Part shown: positions 39,601 through 51,035 of the stretch, piece after piece
How positions within the stretch are numbered: position 1 is the stretch's first letter
How the letters are laid out: each line of letters opens with the position of its first letter
From: Balanoglossus misakiensis
Lineage: Eukaryota; Animalia; Hemichordata
NCBI GenBank assembly: GCA_040954595.2
Contig: CM082585.2
Span: 9,970,564-10,034,563 of the forward strand
Direction: 5' to 3'
Length of the DNA stretch: 64,000 nt
The notes under the pieces: generated by a model
The model's database searches: none
What the model saw: the letters and a program-made list of their open reading frames with translations, nothing else
Told to the model about the DNA's origin: nothing
Made by a program: the position numbers and the translations under genes

Positions 39601-42600
39601 AAAGTCAAAAGTGCCAACATCGTAACCGTTGGAGGCAGCAGAAACAAATCGCCCGGAAAATCTCCCAGAAGGAAAAAGCCCAGCGGAATGCGTGTACAGT
39701 CGCCAATGGATACACCCCCACCGGTTGCACCCAGAAGTCCGGATAAAATCGGAACTATGTCCACCTTGTCAACAGGGTGAGTTAAAAACCTAAGTGCGTG
39801 TAATAGTTCTGTGGCTGGATGTAGTATTATAGCAGTCAAAAGGGAACAAGCTGAGAAATACATTCAAACATGTGTTAGTGGTCATCTCTGTATACCAGTG
39901 GCTACTCTGTTACAGTCCTTGTGCAAATTTACATGTGCATTAATCGACCTGTATGTAAAGGCCACCTGTCTATAAAGGCCAGTTGAGGAAAGTCCTTTGA
40001 CTGGCCACTGTAGACTAGACAGGTTTGACTTAAGCATACATTCAACACCATTCCGTGCACAGGTCATGGGACACAACCACATACACGAGGGCCGAGTCTG
40101 ACGAGGAGGAGACGGAGACAGAGGAGGAAGAAGAGGAAGAAACAGAAGAGGAGGAAGAAGAAGAAGATGAGACGGAGAGTAACTGGGACAGCGAGGAGGA
40201 GAGTGAACTGAAACGTCTTGTCAGTTCAACTGAGGTCGATTCCGCTCGACCGACCGCACCTCAGCCGGTGAGTCATCTGTGAAAGTGTTGAATCACAGAT
40301 TTTGTTTTTAAAGGCAAAGTCTGATGTGTTTTCAGAAATTTCACAGTATTAGTTGTGAATGCATGATAGAAGAGTAAAAGATATTGAAACTATCTGATCA
40401 GAAAATTTCGGTGAGAGAACAGCTTGATGTTGTGCATGAAAGACAAGACATTTTTGGGGTACATTGTGAATTTTATGAAATGTCTTCAAATTGTTTGAAC
40501 CACTAGCTTGGTGTCTTGCTTGTTTCCTGTCCTGATAATTTTTCACACATGTGTATGAGACTATAATACTTGCTAATTATCACTTCAAACTCCACTGTTG
40601 TCATCCAACAAATTTTGGACTGTATAGACATGCATGTTGCTGCACCTCCATCCTGGGCAATGCATGTGGATTGTGGTTTCGCACCTGTCGTTTTTATATT
40701 CACTGTATTAACAATCCAGTGCGTTCTCCTTCACCTATAAATGCTTGCCACGCATCAGCGTCAGCGGAAAAAAGGACGAGGTGTTGAGCCAATCACGGAA
40801 TTGAAATCAATCGATGAAGTGGAAGACTTAGAGTCTACAAACGAGGATCTGAATGACCAGTACAAAGAAGTCCTCAAAACTGTAGGCCATTACGATAAGA
40901 AACAAAATCAGTTCTATGTGTTTGCCCCATCCAGGGTTTTTCGTGGTGACATTTCTCTGCCAAGCCGGTGCACTGTTCACTTAAACTCACAGATCCCTGT
41001 TTTCTGCAGTTTTCTGTGAGGCATTGTTGTTGGTTGCTGAGCACTCAAAACTGCTTTGGAATTCGTAGCATTGATGTCTGGTGAATTCAGTAGATGAATA
41101 TGTTTATACTTGTTGCAGACGTAGGTGATCACAAAATGAAATGTTGCCTTGTTGTCTTCTGTGTTGTCCTCTGTTCTGTGCTCCAGTCCTTGTCAGTGAA
41201 ATTCAATGTTCACAGAATTGATGCAACATTATATTTTTTGTTTTGCTTGGACTGCCTGAACCGGCAGCCACTCTCCTTTGTTTGGCAGACTACTTGTAGT
41301 GTAGTAGTACTAGTACAGTTTTCTTTCCCTGGTTGTGTTAATTCTGCCTGATATAAGTGTTTTGTTTACCCCTCCCCCCTTTATTTTGTTTTATATTGTT
41401 TGTTTACATGCTTGTCAGTACTGTTCGCAACTATTGTTTTGTAGTGATATGCTTTACTTAAACTGAAATCATGCCAAGCATGTGGAGGTTGTTGTTAGTC
41501 GTATTATGTCATTCATGTCTGGTGATGTAGTGCTGTTGTGTGATAAGTCATTTATACTATGGTGTTTAATTGTTGCGTGTTGGCAACAGATCCCCCCCTC
41601 CCAGTCCTTGCAGAGAAATGTCATTATGCTAACACTCTGGACGGCGTACAGCTGTATACAGATTATATATGTTTGAAATGTTTCCTCCAAACCCTGTTCT
41701 TGGATAGCTTCCATTTTCTACTGTCTTCTCCATCTTTCAATGCTGTCTACATCCTAACTTTGATTGAAGGGATATGCATACGATAATGAACAATGTTTGG
41801 CATGATATTCATGCAATCTTGTATATTTTGCAGTCTGGCTATTCTTTTCCTATCTCAAACCTCTGGTGGAAGTCTTAAAATGAAACATGCTCAGAAAGCA
41901 ATGTTAGTAAGACTCACTGGACATCAACTTGTGTTCAAAGATGACACTGTGCAATTACAATTCAAATGCTCGGTAGCAAAAAACATACATGTATCACTAT
42001 AGAGAAACAGTAGACTAGGATTGACAGGTCAACAAGCAAATCAGACACGGGACAAAATTCTACAACATTAACCTTGTAAATCTCATCCAGCAGGGTACAG
42101 GTCCATCAGTAAAGGAGAAGGCGCGAGAGATAGAGAGACAGTTGTCATGGAGGGGTGGGCAGAAGCCTACGGGTGGTATAGATGTTAGTGGGTCCCTCAC
42201 CCAACCAGCTGATAGGGGTGGAGATCAGAGCCAGGGTTCTCCCACGCCCAGAATACCAGTAAGTAGCATGCTGTCCCCTGCTCTCTCGTATAACAGCATG
42301 CAGTCTTGCTTTGTTATGTGTTTTTATAAAAAGTAACGTCTCAAAGTGCTGGTGCCTGTTTCATCTGTTCCTCTGTGCTGGTGTGTTTCATCACAGAATG
42401 CAAGGGAGTTTTTTTGGCCGACACCAATGCAGACTTACTAGCATTTATACTACAGACCAATGCATGATGTTTGTCTAGTATTTTCCATCACCAACTGGAA
42501 ACTGTCTACACCAAACACTTCCCAGTCCCCAACTCCCAAAGACCTCTTTGACCGGACTATCTCTGCAATCCTGACAATTTCTCAATAAATCCCCCTTCTA

Positions 42601-45600
42601 ATATGTTCGGCTAAAGCTGCCTCACAAACCATTGCATTCTGTGATATGAAGCAAGCATGTACATTAAAAATTATGCCTTCAGTGTTTCTTGCAACATCTG
42701 TTGCTGTGTTGTGAATCGTCAAACTTCTGCTAGGCAGACTTTGGAATGAAATGATATGCACTTGTGACTGTCCTATTCTTTGGACCCTTGAAGAAGGTAT
42801 ACAACAGCCCTGATACAAAAAAAAATACTAAAAACAATCAGAATTCTGGGTTTAATTGGCCTACTACCCATGAAGATCTTGCTGTTTGTGACAATTTTCA
42901 CTAACCTAGGTAGCTTTTTACTCTATGCTAACGGGTCAGATTCAGATCACGTAATTGCATTGTGGGTAAAAAAAGTCGACAACTCGACTTAGCAAGGGGT
43001 TCCAGAGATGATGTGTTTACCTTAATGATCTATGTGGGGCTAGTTCCATGGATGCATAGCGTTATCTTAGTTTTCTGGTAAAAACATTGTCCATGATATA
43101 ATTTTAACAAAATAATATTTTAGGTGTCTGCACTCCCAGACTTTCTTGTCTGACAACTGTCTTTCTGTCTAATGTTTTGTTGTTGTTTGTCAAGTCTGTT
43201 GTTGTCCAGTGTTTTGAGAGATCTTTGTGTTAAATTATGTGTTAGTGTAGAACTTCTTGCAATGTGCATATCCACGAGGCTGGATAATTGTTGGAAAGAA
43301 AACCAACCATTACTGGTACTCATCCTTGTTTAATGTGTGTTTAATAATATTAAATGTTCTGGTTTAATACATCAGTTCACGTTAATCTCTATTTGTTTAT
43401 GTGTACCGTTATCACATGATCTCTTAAAGGGACAAAGTCTCTCTCTCACTTTTCTTTTCCCATTTATTATGTTTGATTCACTACACTGTTTATGCTAATG
43501 CATATGTGGATACATAGTGAATCAACATTCAACCATCACGTTTGTAGGATATGAGAGTAAAAATCTTGCCAAAATGAATAAATGGTAACCACCGAATATT
43601 CATTTTGGCGAGTTTTTCACTAATGTCTACAAGTGGGATGGAAGGTGTGTGTGGTTGAACTATGAGTAAAATTTGTCCATAATGTTTACCATAGAGATTG
43701 TCAAAGTCACTAAATTTGGCGGCCATTTTGAATGCCATAGACTAAGCACAGATATAGGCGGCCATTTTGAACCTCAAATTTGGCGGCCATTTTGAAAGTC
43801 TTAATTTCAAAGCAATTTTGAAAAGACCCCCCCCCCCCTCCTTTAATGAGTAAATGAAGAATTATTTTCGGCAATAAATGAATAATCTAAAGTAGCCAAA
43901 CATCAATGGTGTTTTGTATCAAACATGATTAATGGGAAAAGGGCAGCAAGAGAGAGACTTTGTCCTTTTAAGCATATGTTTTTTTGATATCGTATTCTGG
44001 GTGGATGGATGGATGGATGGATGGATTAGTTGGTTGGTAGATTGTTTACTCAAAATAATTAAAATGTTCATGATTAAATTCTAGAAAGTGTTTTGAGAGC
44101 GTATAAACTCTGTCTTATTTCTTGTTTTATTTGATTCTTCAGACCATGGGAGCTGAAGAAGACAGTGATTTCTCGATATCCTCCATGGATGAACTGTCAT
44201 CGATCGCAAACAAACCGGTGGCCGCGTAAGTGTATCCCTTTTCAATCATTTACAGCTTTATACGTACAGTGAAACCAGTCTATACCGAACACCAAAGGGA
44301 CTGAAAAACCTGTTCGGTTTACAGAGGTGTCCGGTTTATAGAGTTCTTTTAACATGTGGTTCTATGTCAAAGGGATGAAATCACTTGTGTGTGATTTTGT
44401 GATATTACTTCTGTGAGATGTGTCATCCTTGTTGTATATAGACCGTGAAACAAAATTGTGCGCTGTTTAATTAAAGATTTGTAAATAAGTTGCATTAGGT
44501 TTGTCACATGTCCTGTGCTGTTACATTTTGCTGGAATAAGTTCTTGTGGTGAATGCTGTCTACTTTCTGCCTTTTGTACAATTTTTTGTTGCAAAAAGCT
44601 GTGGCAGTTGTGAATCAAAAATGAATTCTGTGTTTGTAATGGTGCCAATACACCGTGTGTCTGTCAAAAAGTGTGCACTGTCCTCTGCAGTCGATGTGCA
44701 TGTGTTATAAATACTGCCCTCTGCAGGTGGCTTGTGTTATGTCTCTGCTTATTGCTAACACACATTTTAGACATCTTGTCCTCAAATACTGTGTCAATAA
44801 TGCCTGTTTTTCACTTTTCTACTTAAAAAGCCTTTCTGCTTGTACTCACTTGTCCAAAGTCATGGCACCTGTTGCCTGTTCAGTGTGTGTTCATGTGCAT
44901 GTGTCTGTCACCTTCAAGCATTCATAACTATAGATTCTATCTACACGTGTGAATACTGGTTGTCTAAACTCTGAATCCAAGCCTCTTCATTGCAGCCTCT
45001 GCTCAGATTTGATGACATCCGTAGTGCACAGATCATATAACTCCCTTGTGATGCATTCAGTAGTATGATTTTGATCACTGAAAACCCATCATCAGTTTTC
45101 ATTTTTCACTGCTCAAGACAGATTCCAGTTAGCAGTTTGGGCCAAGAAAAAGTATGAATGAGGATAGGACCTTTTAATTACAAACAAGCCTGAAATATTG
45201 AAATTGCAATTTAATTTTCCTTGGAGATATTTCATATTTGTCAAATTGTTATGTGGAAGATGGAAAAAAATCTTATACAGTGCAAAATGATGACTACTGA
45301 TGACTTCTTTAATTCTAGTATTTCTCTAACCATGCCTTCACTGTATTTGTAGCTGTAGTATATAGCTGCTTGTAGCTTATTTGGATTTACAGACCCTTTC
45401 ATGACAGGAATGCGCAGTATGGATGAAATCATGTATGCCTGTCATGTAACACAGGGTCTGTAAAAGTAAGTTTCAAGCGGCTGTCGGTACAACCACAGTC
45501 GACCCCCGGAACTGCAGCTAAAATAAAGTGTTTGAAGGTGTTTGACTGTCTTTGTTTTACTGCAGTTCTAACACGCAGCCATCACCTGCCGCTCGGCAGC

Positions 45601-46154
45601 GCACTGTCTCTGAAACTGACTCCTCTAACACCTATGGGACTAGTATGTGGGACTCTGCACACAAAGGTAGGCAAACACAAGCACAGAAATCATGATTCGT
45701 ATCTCCTGTGTCTCTCATAAGGACGCTATTAACCCTTTCACCCCCAGTTCCCTCTATGGAGGTCCAACTTTACCATGGAAAACAATGGGTTTGGACTGAA
45801 CCGTGGTGGTGAAAGGGTTAAAATATATCAACTGTTTCATTCCAAACTGTTGAATTGGTTCAGATTCAGTTTATTGGATACATTTTCTTCTGTATTCTTC
45901 ACTGAAGTCTGAAATCACTATACAAAGAATATGGCACACACATGTAACAGTGGTTTCACCTGAAGTACACACACCATTTAGAGATTGTTTTCTCTGAAGT
46001 GAAATTTCTCACTGTACGTTGTTGATTGTGGTTGACATCTGCAGGCCCAGGACCGTCAAGGGAGGCTGGTAGAGGCACGCCTGGAACACAGGGAACGGTT
46101 TCGGTGACCGACTGGGACGATGATGACTTCGACCTGGATGACATCGTCACATGA
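30643..46154 (+). CDS. DZIP1: DAZ-interacting zinc finger protein 1 / Iguana (DZIP1/DZIP1L ortholog), ciliary basal body protein
   Basis: Dzip-like N domain FSFRKRFERIDWRKMASVDVERV...LQDNIMNLTFCNIE...KLFKLAQLTIEYLLHSQDYL; C2H2 finger CQYCQKAFINPSFLQAHMQRRH; coiled coils. About 21 coding exons, starting 30643-30828, 30988-31157, 33623-33826, 34266-34496 and ending 42091-42258, 44143-44225, 45566-45666, 46045-46154. Boundaries of the middle exons are approximate. Confidence 0.9.
32419..33364. mobile_element. Non-autonomous Tc1/mariner-superfamily (Tc2/pogo-like) element, 946 bp
   Basis: Perfect 27-bp TIRs CCGTATATTCTCACAAATAAGCGCCAC / GTGGCGCTTATTTGTGAGAATATACGG, flanked by TA on both sides. 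No transposase ORF. Confidence 0.9.
43428..43967. mobile_element. Kolobok-like MITE, 540 bp
   Basis: TTAA|AGGGACAAAGTCTCTCTCT ... AGAGAGAGACTTTGTCCTT|TTAA, giving a TTAA TSD with RR..YY termini. Three internal GGCGGCCATTTTGAA repeats. Confidence 0.82.
44265..44343. mobile_element. Fragment of a TA-CAGT type Tc1/mariner MITE
   Basis: TACAGTGAAACCAGTCTATACCGAACACC...GGTGTCCGGTTTATAGAG. Related fragments at about 33878-33920 and 39945-40030. Confidence 0.5.
45733..45817. mobile_element. piggyBac-like mini-MITE (85 bp), best-preserved copy of a local family
   Basis: TTAA|CCCTTTCACC...GGTGAAAGGG|TTAA. Diverged copies at 47321-47407, 52446-52525, 61874-61947 (inverted) and about 25755-25820 (inverted, partial). 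Confidence 0.85.
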
Positions 46155-48753
46155 TCTCGTTCGATCTGATCTGCATGTATTTATCATAGCTTTGTTTAAG
46201 TTTATCAAGTAGTTTGCTTTCAAATTTACAGTAATAAAGAAATTGTGTTCTGTAATGTACATGGATGTGACATAAGAAGTTTTCAACATTGATTAAGTTG
46301 TCTGTACAATACCGGGCTTCCATTTGGACTTTATTTTTTTGTATTCTATAGAATGAAATATGCTCAGTGTGATTTGCTGAATTTGGTTATAGATTTTACT
46401 GGCATACAAACAACTTCAAATTTATATGAAGGCAGTCTTTGTTGGAAATGATGCCATGTAGACTGTGTGATGTATAAGAGATTGAAATTTGCAGAGGTTC
46501 GTTTGCATCTACAGGAGATATGCTGGCTGTCCAGGAAAATACACATCTAAAGACTGAAATCTACAAGATGTACCTGTAAACAGGGGTGGCTTATAAAAAG
46601 TAAAATAATTTCCTAATTTTGTGGGTTTACTAACCTTCTACCAAACAATCTCTATGATTATCAATAATTGTTTATGCCTCAGATGTCAATCTGAATATTC
46701 ATATCATAATCGCAAATTTTATTGAGTTTTCTGAGTGCCAGTACTTGTTAATTAATGCAGACTGATTACATGTACAGTGATATTGCTAATTTTGTTGTAG
46801 CAGTGTACAGACTGTAAATATTGTATAAATTTGACAAGTGATTTTGTAAGAAAGAAATCGTAAAATATGTAATCTTGAGGGTGTTTTGAAGCCTTGTGTC
46901 CAATAGTTGTGTTTTTCAAAAATATTTCATTTAATTTTATCTTATTTTTGAACTTTGCATATGTAGTGTGCTGTGTTGAATCAATGAATACTTTTTTTAC
47001 ATGAAAGGCTTAGGACATGTGGCTACCTGCCATTGGTCAGCTGTGATAAAAAGTAGCTGCAGATTGGTTGATCGATGGGCATTGTCAAATTGGAAACCTT
47101 ATTCTGGAAGTGGTACATTATACAGAAGGCAGTGATTGTGCTTTCCCAAAGTCCAGTAAAAATTACGTAGAGTAGAATTTGTATATCTTTTTCAGTGTCA
47201 TTTGGAAAATTTTCATGATCTTGATGGATTTTTTACTAAGAGGAAATCAACTCATATTTAATATGTAAGTTATGGTATGATGTATAATTTATACTTTTTG
47301 CAGTACCAGTGTTTTTTTAACCCTTTCACCCCTATTTCTGTGTGTGTGTTAGTTCAACCTAACCATTGGAAATAACAGGGTTGTTCCATTGAATGGCGGT
47401 GAGAGGGTTACTGACTTTACTTCTGGTTCCCAAGCAGTGGTTTTGTATTCCTTGGCAGCTTAGTGAAAAGGTAAATTTTCCAACAATTTGTAATCGACAA
47501 CTCTGAAGAAGTCTTCCCTCCAAAATTCAATCAGCAGGTTTTTTGAGAACTTGAACATGATTGGTTAAACTTCATTCACAAGAGGTATGTCTTGGTAATT
47601 TGACCAATCAGAGATATTGTATAAAAGACTTTGGTATAGTAATAGTTTTTTAGCTCTACTTGGAATATTGTACAGGAATCTTGCTTTGTATTCATCATCT
47701 GTGGAAAAAGATATTTATTTTTGTTGGTAATTTTGATATTTTCCCAATATCTTTCCTGTCCATGGTAGGTAGCTTTGTTATGATGTTGACTTCATGATCA
47801 AAATATATATTTTGTGATTAATATTAAAGTTAATATATTTTGGGGTTTAATTAAGTAGCTTGGAGACAGAATAAAGTTTCAATGATTTATGTGCTGAAGT
47901 TCTCAATGTTTTCATGTGTGCGATAATGGTGGTGGTCACCATTGAGATCATATCATGGCTGCCCTATGGTGCAACCAAAGGCACAGAAAGAGGGTTCACT
48001 CACAGCAGTCATGCTTGAACTTATGCCCACCAGCATCATAAACCAACCTTCCATAGTCCCTCCGCTCAGACTTTCTAGAGCTGGTTTGATCTGTTCACAA
48101 ACGTGACTGTACTGTACTTCATATGTGGACATAGAGGACGCTGTTTGAAATGTACCTGATGCCCATACCTGTATCCATCCTGAGGCTAACTTACAACACA
48201 AAGCACTGCCAAAACAATTTACACACACACAAAAAAGGCAACAGCTTGACGTTTAAGTAAATTTTCATTTATTCCGTGAACTTTTTATTTAAAAACCTGC
48301 CACTTCTGAAAGACACTGAATTGAATCTGAAGTTTTAAACGAGTTAACATAAGGTTGCTAAACAACGAACATCATGGAAACTAATCTGAGGTACTCTACA
48401 AAAAATCTGCTTGAAGTATTGCTACTGTGTCCCATACGGAATTCGATAATTTTTGCTTTCCACACAAAGTCCTGAAGTGAAGCACAACAAAAAAAAAAAA
48501 ACCCTGGCCATCACATGTGACATTGGACTTTGAAGATAATGCTGAATTATTTCCCTCTGGTTATTTCAATCTAACTGGAATGACAATACATGTAAAAGTA
48601 ACGAGGAAAGGTACAGCTGCTCACTGTTTCATATTTGGAAAATATATATTGATATATAATAAAATATATGATGCATGACGTCGAGCTCAACAGTGCTTCA
48701 GTCATTAATATCAGGACATCTCGCGAGATGACTCTTCTTCTTGTAGTGACTGT

Positions 48754-48930
48754 TTACATGTCCACTTTTGTTCTCGTGCCGTAGTAGACAAACAAGACAA
48801 GCAATAACGTCAGCACTGAGAAGATGGGCAGCACCACCGTCCAGACCCGATGCTTGTTTTCCCGGTTCTCCTGCTTTCGCTTCCTTTTTTCCCTCTTTGT
48901 CTCTGAGACTTTTCCTTTCAGTTGACGCAT
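48754..48930 (-). CDS. SMCO4: Single-pass membrane and coiled-coil domain protein 4 (58 aa)
   Basis: Translated by hand: MRQLKGKVSETKREKRKRKQENRENKHRVWTVVLPIFSVLTLLLVLFVYYGTRTKVDM*. It matches recalled human SMCO4 MRQLKGKPKKETSKDKKERKQ...TTVVLPTL..VVLLIVVFVYVATRP. A 5'UTR intron at 49539-49005 is GTAAGT...TTGCAG; minus-strand AATAAA lies near 48270-48290. Confidence 0.93.
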   Translation of the reverse strand: MRQLKGKVSETKREKRKRKQENRENKHRVWTVVLPIFSVLTLLLVLFVYYGTRTKVDM

Positions 48931-49539
48931 GTTGGACAGGATAGCCGAAAGAAATCCAAGTGTGATGGTTGATAAGTTGTTGTTCCGGTCCCTCTAGTCT
49001 GATTCTGCAAATTGAATAGAACAGCATGAAGAGATCAATACATACTGTTTAACGCCCATTGGGTTTTCGGTTGTGCTATGAATAAATACAATGAAAGCTT
49101 TTACAAATTTGGTATGCAACACATTGGGGAGATGATTGAATTGTACCATATGTTGGCAAGTATGGTTTGTACTAGGTTCCATAATCATGCACAGGCTATT
49201 AAGACAATTTTAGAAAGCCATATGGTTTGGCTAATATTAATGGTGTGTGTATTCAGCAGCTACATAAAACACTGAGGTGGTTAATAATGAAGGACTCTCC
49301 TCATTTTAATGGGGATGCTCTCATGAATCGAGATTTTCAGCTGAGTACAAACCACGTACATATACATCACAGTGGTCCAGGATCCACAGCTGAAAGAGTG
49401 TGAAGCTGGTGAGCTTGCATTCTGCTAGCTCTGCGTATAGGTCTGAGTGTTCCAGGCGTTTTATACGTGTAACGCCGGGAACACACAGACCTGTACGCAG
49501 GGCTAGCATTCTGAGAGTAAATATGCGATGACAACTTAC

Positions 49540-49720
49540 TGTTGTGGAAGAATAATGATTACTTGGATATGTTTTCGGAGAGATTGTCCTGTGTGTGCTT
49601 TCACACCCAACAGAGATCCCCGTGTCGCGGGCGTACGTACACGTACAAAAGCCTTTCCGGCTTCTGACTTACGCAAAAATAAAAGGAAAGTTGAGGACAA
49701 TATGTCGTAACTGGGTATGT
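49540..49720. promoter_or_regulatory. Putative bidirectional promoter SMCO4/CEP295
   Basis: CpG-rich patch bracketed by a minus-strand donor (49539) and a plus-strand donor (GG|GTATGT, about 49715), with ACGT-core motifs. Confidence 0.55.
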
Positions 49721-51035
49721 TTATCGTAAAATCGTTAAGTGCTTCGACGTCAGTAGAATACGAATAATTCTTACCATGATTTAAGCATGGATTTCATTAC
49801 GATATTTTATATCAACACGCATAAGCATAACAATGACGCAAAATTCAAAAGTTTGACGGGTGCGTGGTTAATTTACGACAATTTATCAGATTTATGAGAA
49901 GATACCCTTTTGCGGCTAAACGTATCTGAGGGCGCACCATTCAAACTGTCAACGTTTAGAAATTGCGATAGAGAAGTAGATTGCGGAGAGTTACGGTACT
50001 TTTTGGATGGTTTGTATCGCCTTAGAGGAAGAACGAGAAGACAACGCGTGTAAGAATATGTTCCAGGTACGTTTACAGTAATCAGAGAGAGGTCCGGGAT
50101 GTCAAAGTCATTGCAATGCAATATTGTTATACCACCGGTGTCTTTGGAAATTGGACATCGAGTGTGCAATGATTCACATATTATAGTGTACGTGCATGCA
50201 ATATTACCTTGAGAGAAATGCTTGATCTGTGAAACAACAGATACTGATGTGGTTCTGTTATTTTTATTTGCCAAATGTGTAACGCCGATAAATGAGAATG
50301 ATTGGAACAACAAGACAGGCGTGCATGAACTTCATGCTCCTACATGCCGTTATCACAGCACAGACGTCACCATGAAAGTGACATTTTTGATATTTCTATG
50401 ACATGTCGATAAAATTGTCGACTTTTCTCAGTTATTTTCTACCTATGAGTCCATGGCAATATTTAGTTCACTACTTTCGTTTCATTTTTCATTTATACTG
50501 TATAATGCTTTTTATTTGCGAGATACCCTATTGTTTACAAATTGGTCAGTGGAGATTTTAAATTTCGTGCATGTCAAAACATGTAGTCGGAATGATGAAA
50601 CGAAGCCAACAACGTCTGTGCTGTTCTTTTGGACTCGTTTCAGGTAACACGATATCAAAACACATTTCTATGAGGTTGCAACGTATCTGAAAACCATTGA
50701 AATGTGTTGAAATACTCAAACTACATGTATTATATGTACCAATTTTAGGATTTGTGTGAAATGTTGTCAATTTGAAATGTTTTGTTTTGTTTACACTGTA
50801 CAGTACTGTACTACAAGTTAAAGTGTGTTGATAGATTTCAGTGACCTGGGACACTGAAAAAATTATTGACTTTTTCCACATATTATTTGCACTGAAAATT
50901 TATTAATAATTGGTCTCATGTTTTGAATTGTATATTTCAGTAAATATGATATATGTGTAAATATTTGACTTGTCTTGGAGAAAAGAAACTACCTGGTGGT
51001 CATATTATATCTACTGCATGTGATATCGACTTCAA

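Noticed and set aside
44232-44242. GTATCCCTTT as a U12 donor in DZIP1
   Set aside because: It deviates from GTATCCTTT. A canonical GTAAGT donor 6 nt upstream gives the right phase, whereas using this site would read an in-frame TAA.
48698-49027. 109-aa ORF from the track
   Set aside because: Wrong frame; the real product is the 58-aa SMCO4 nested within it.
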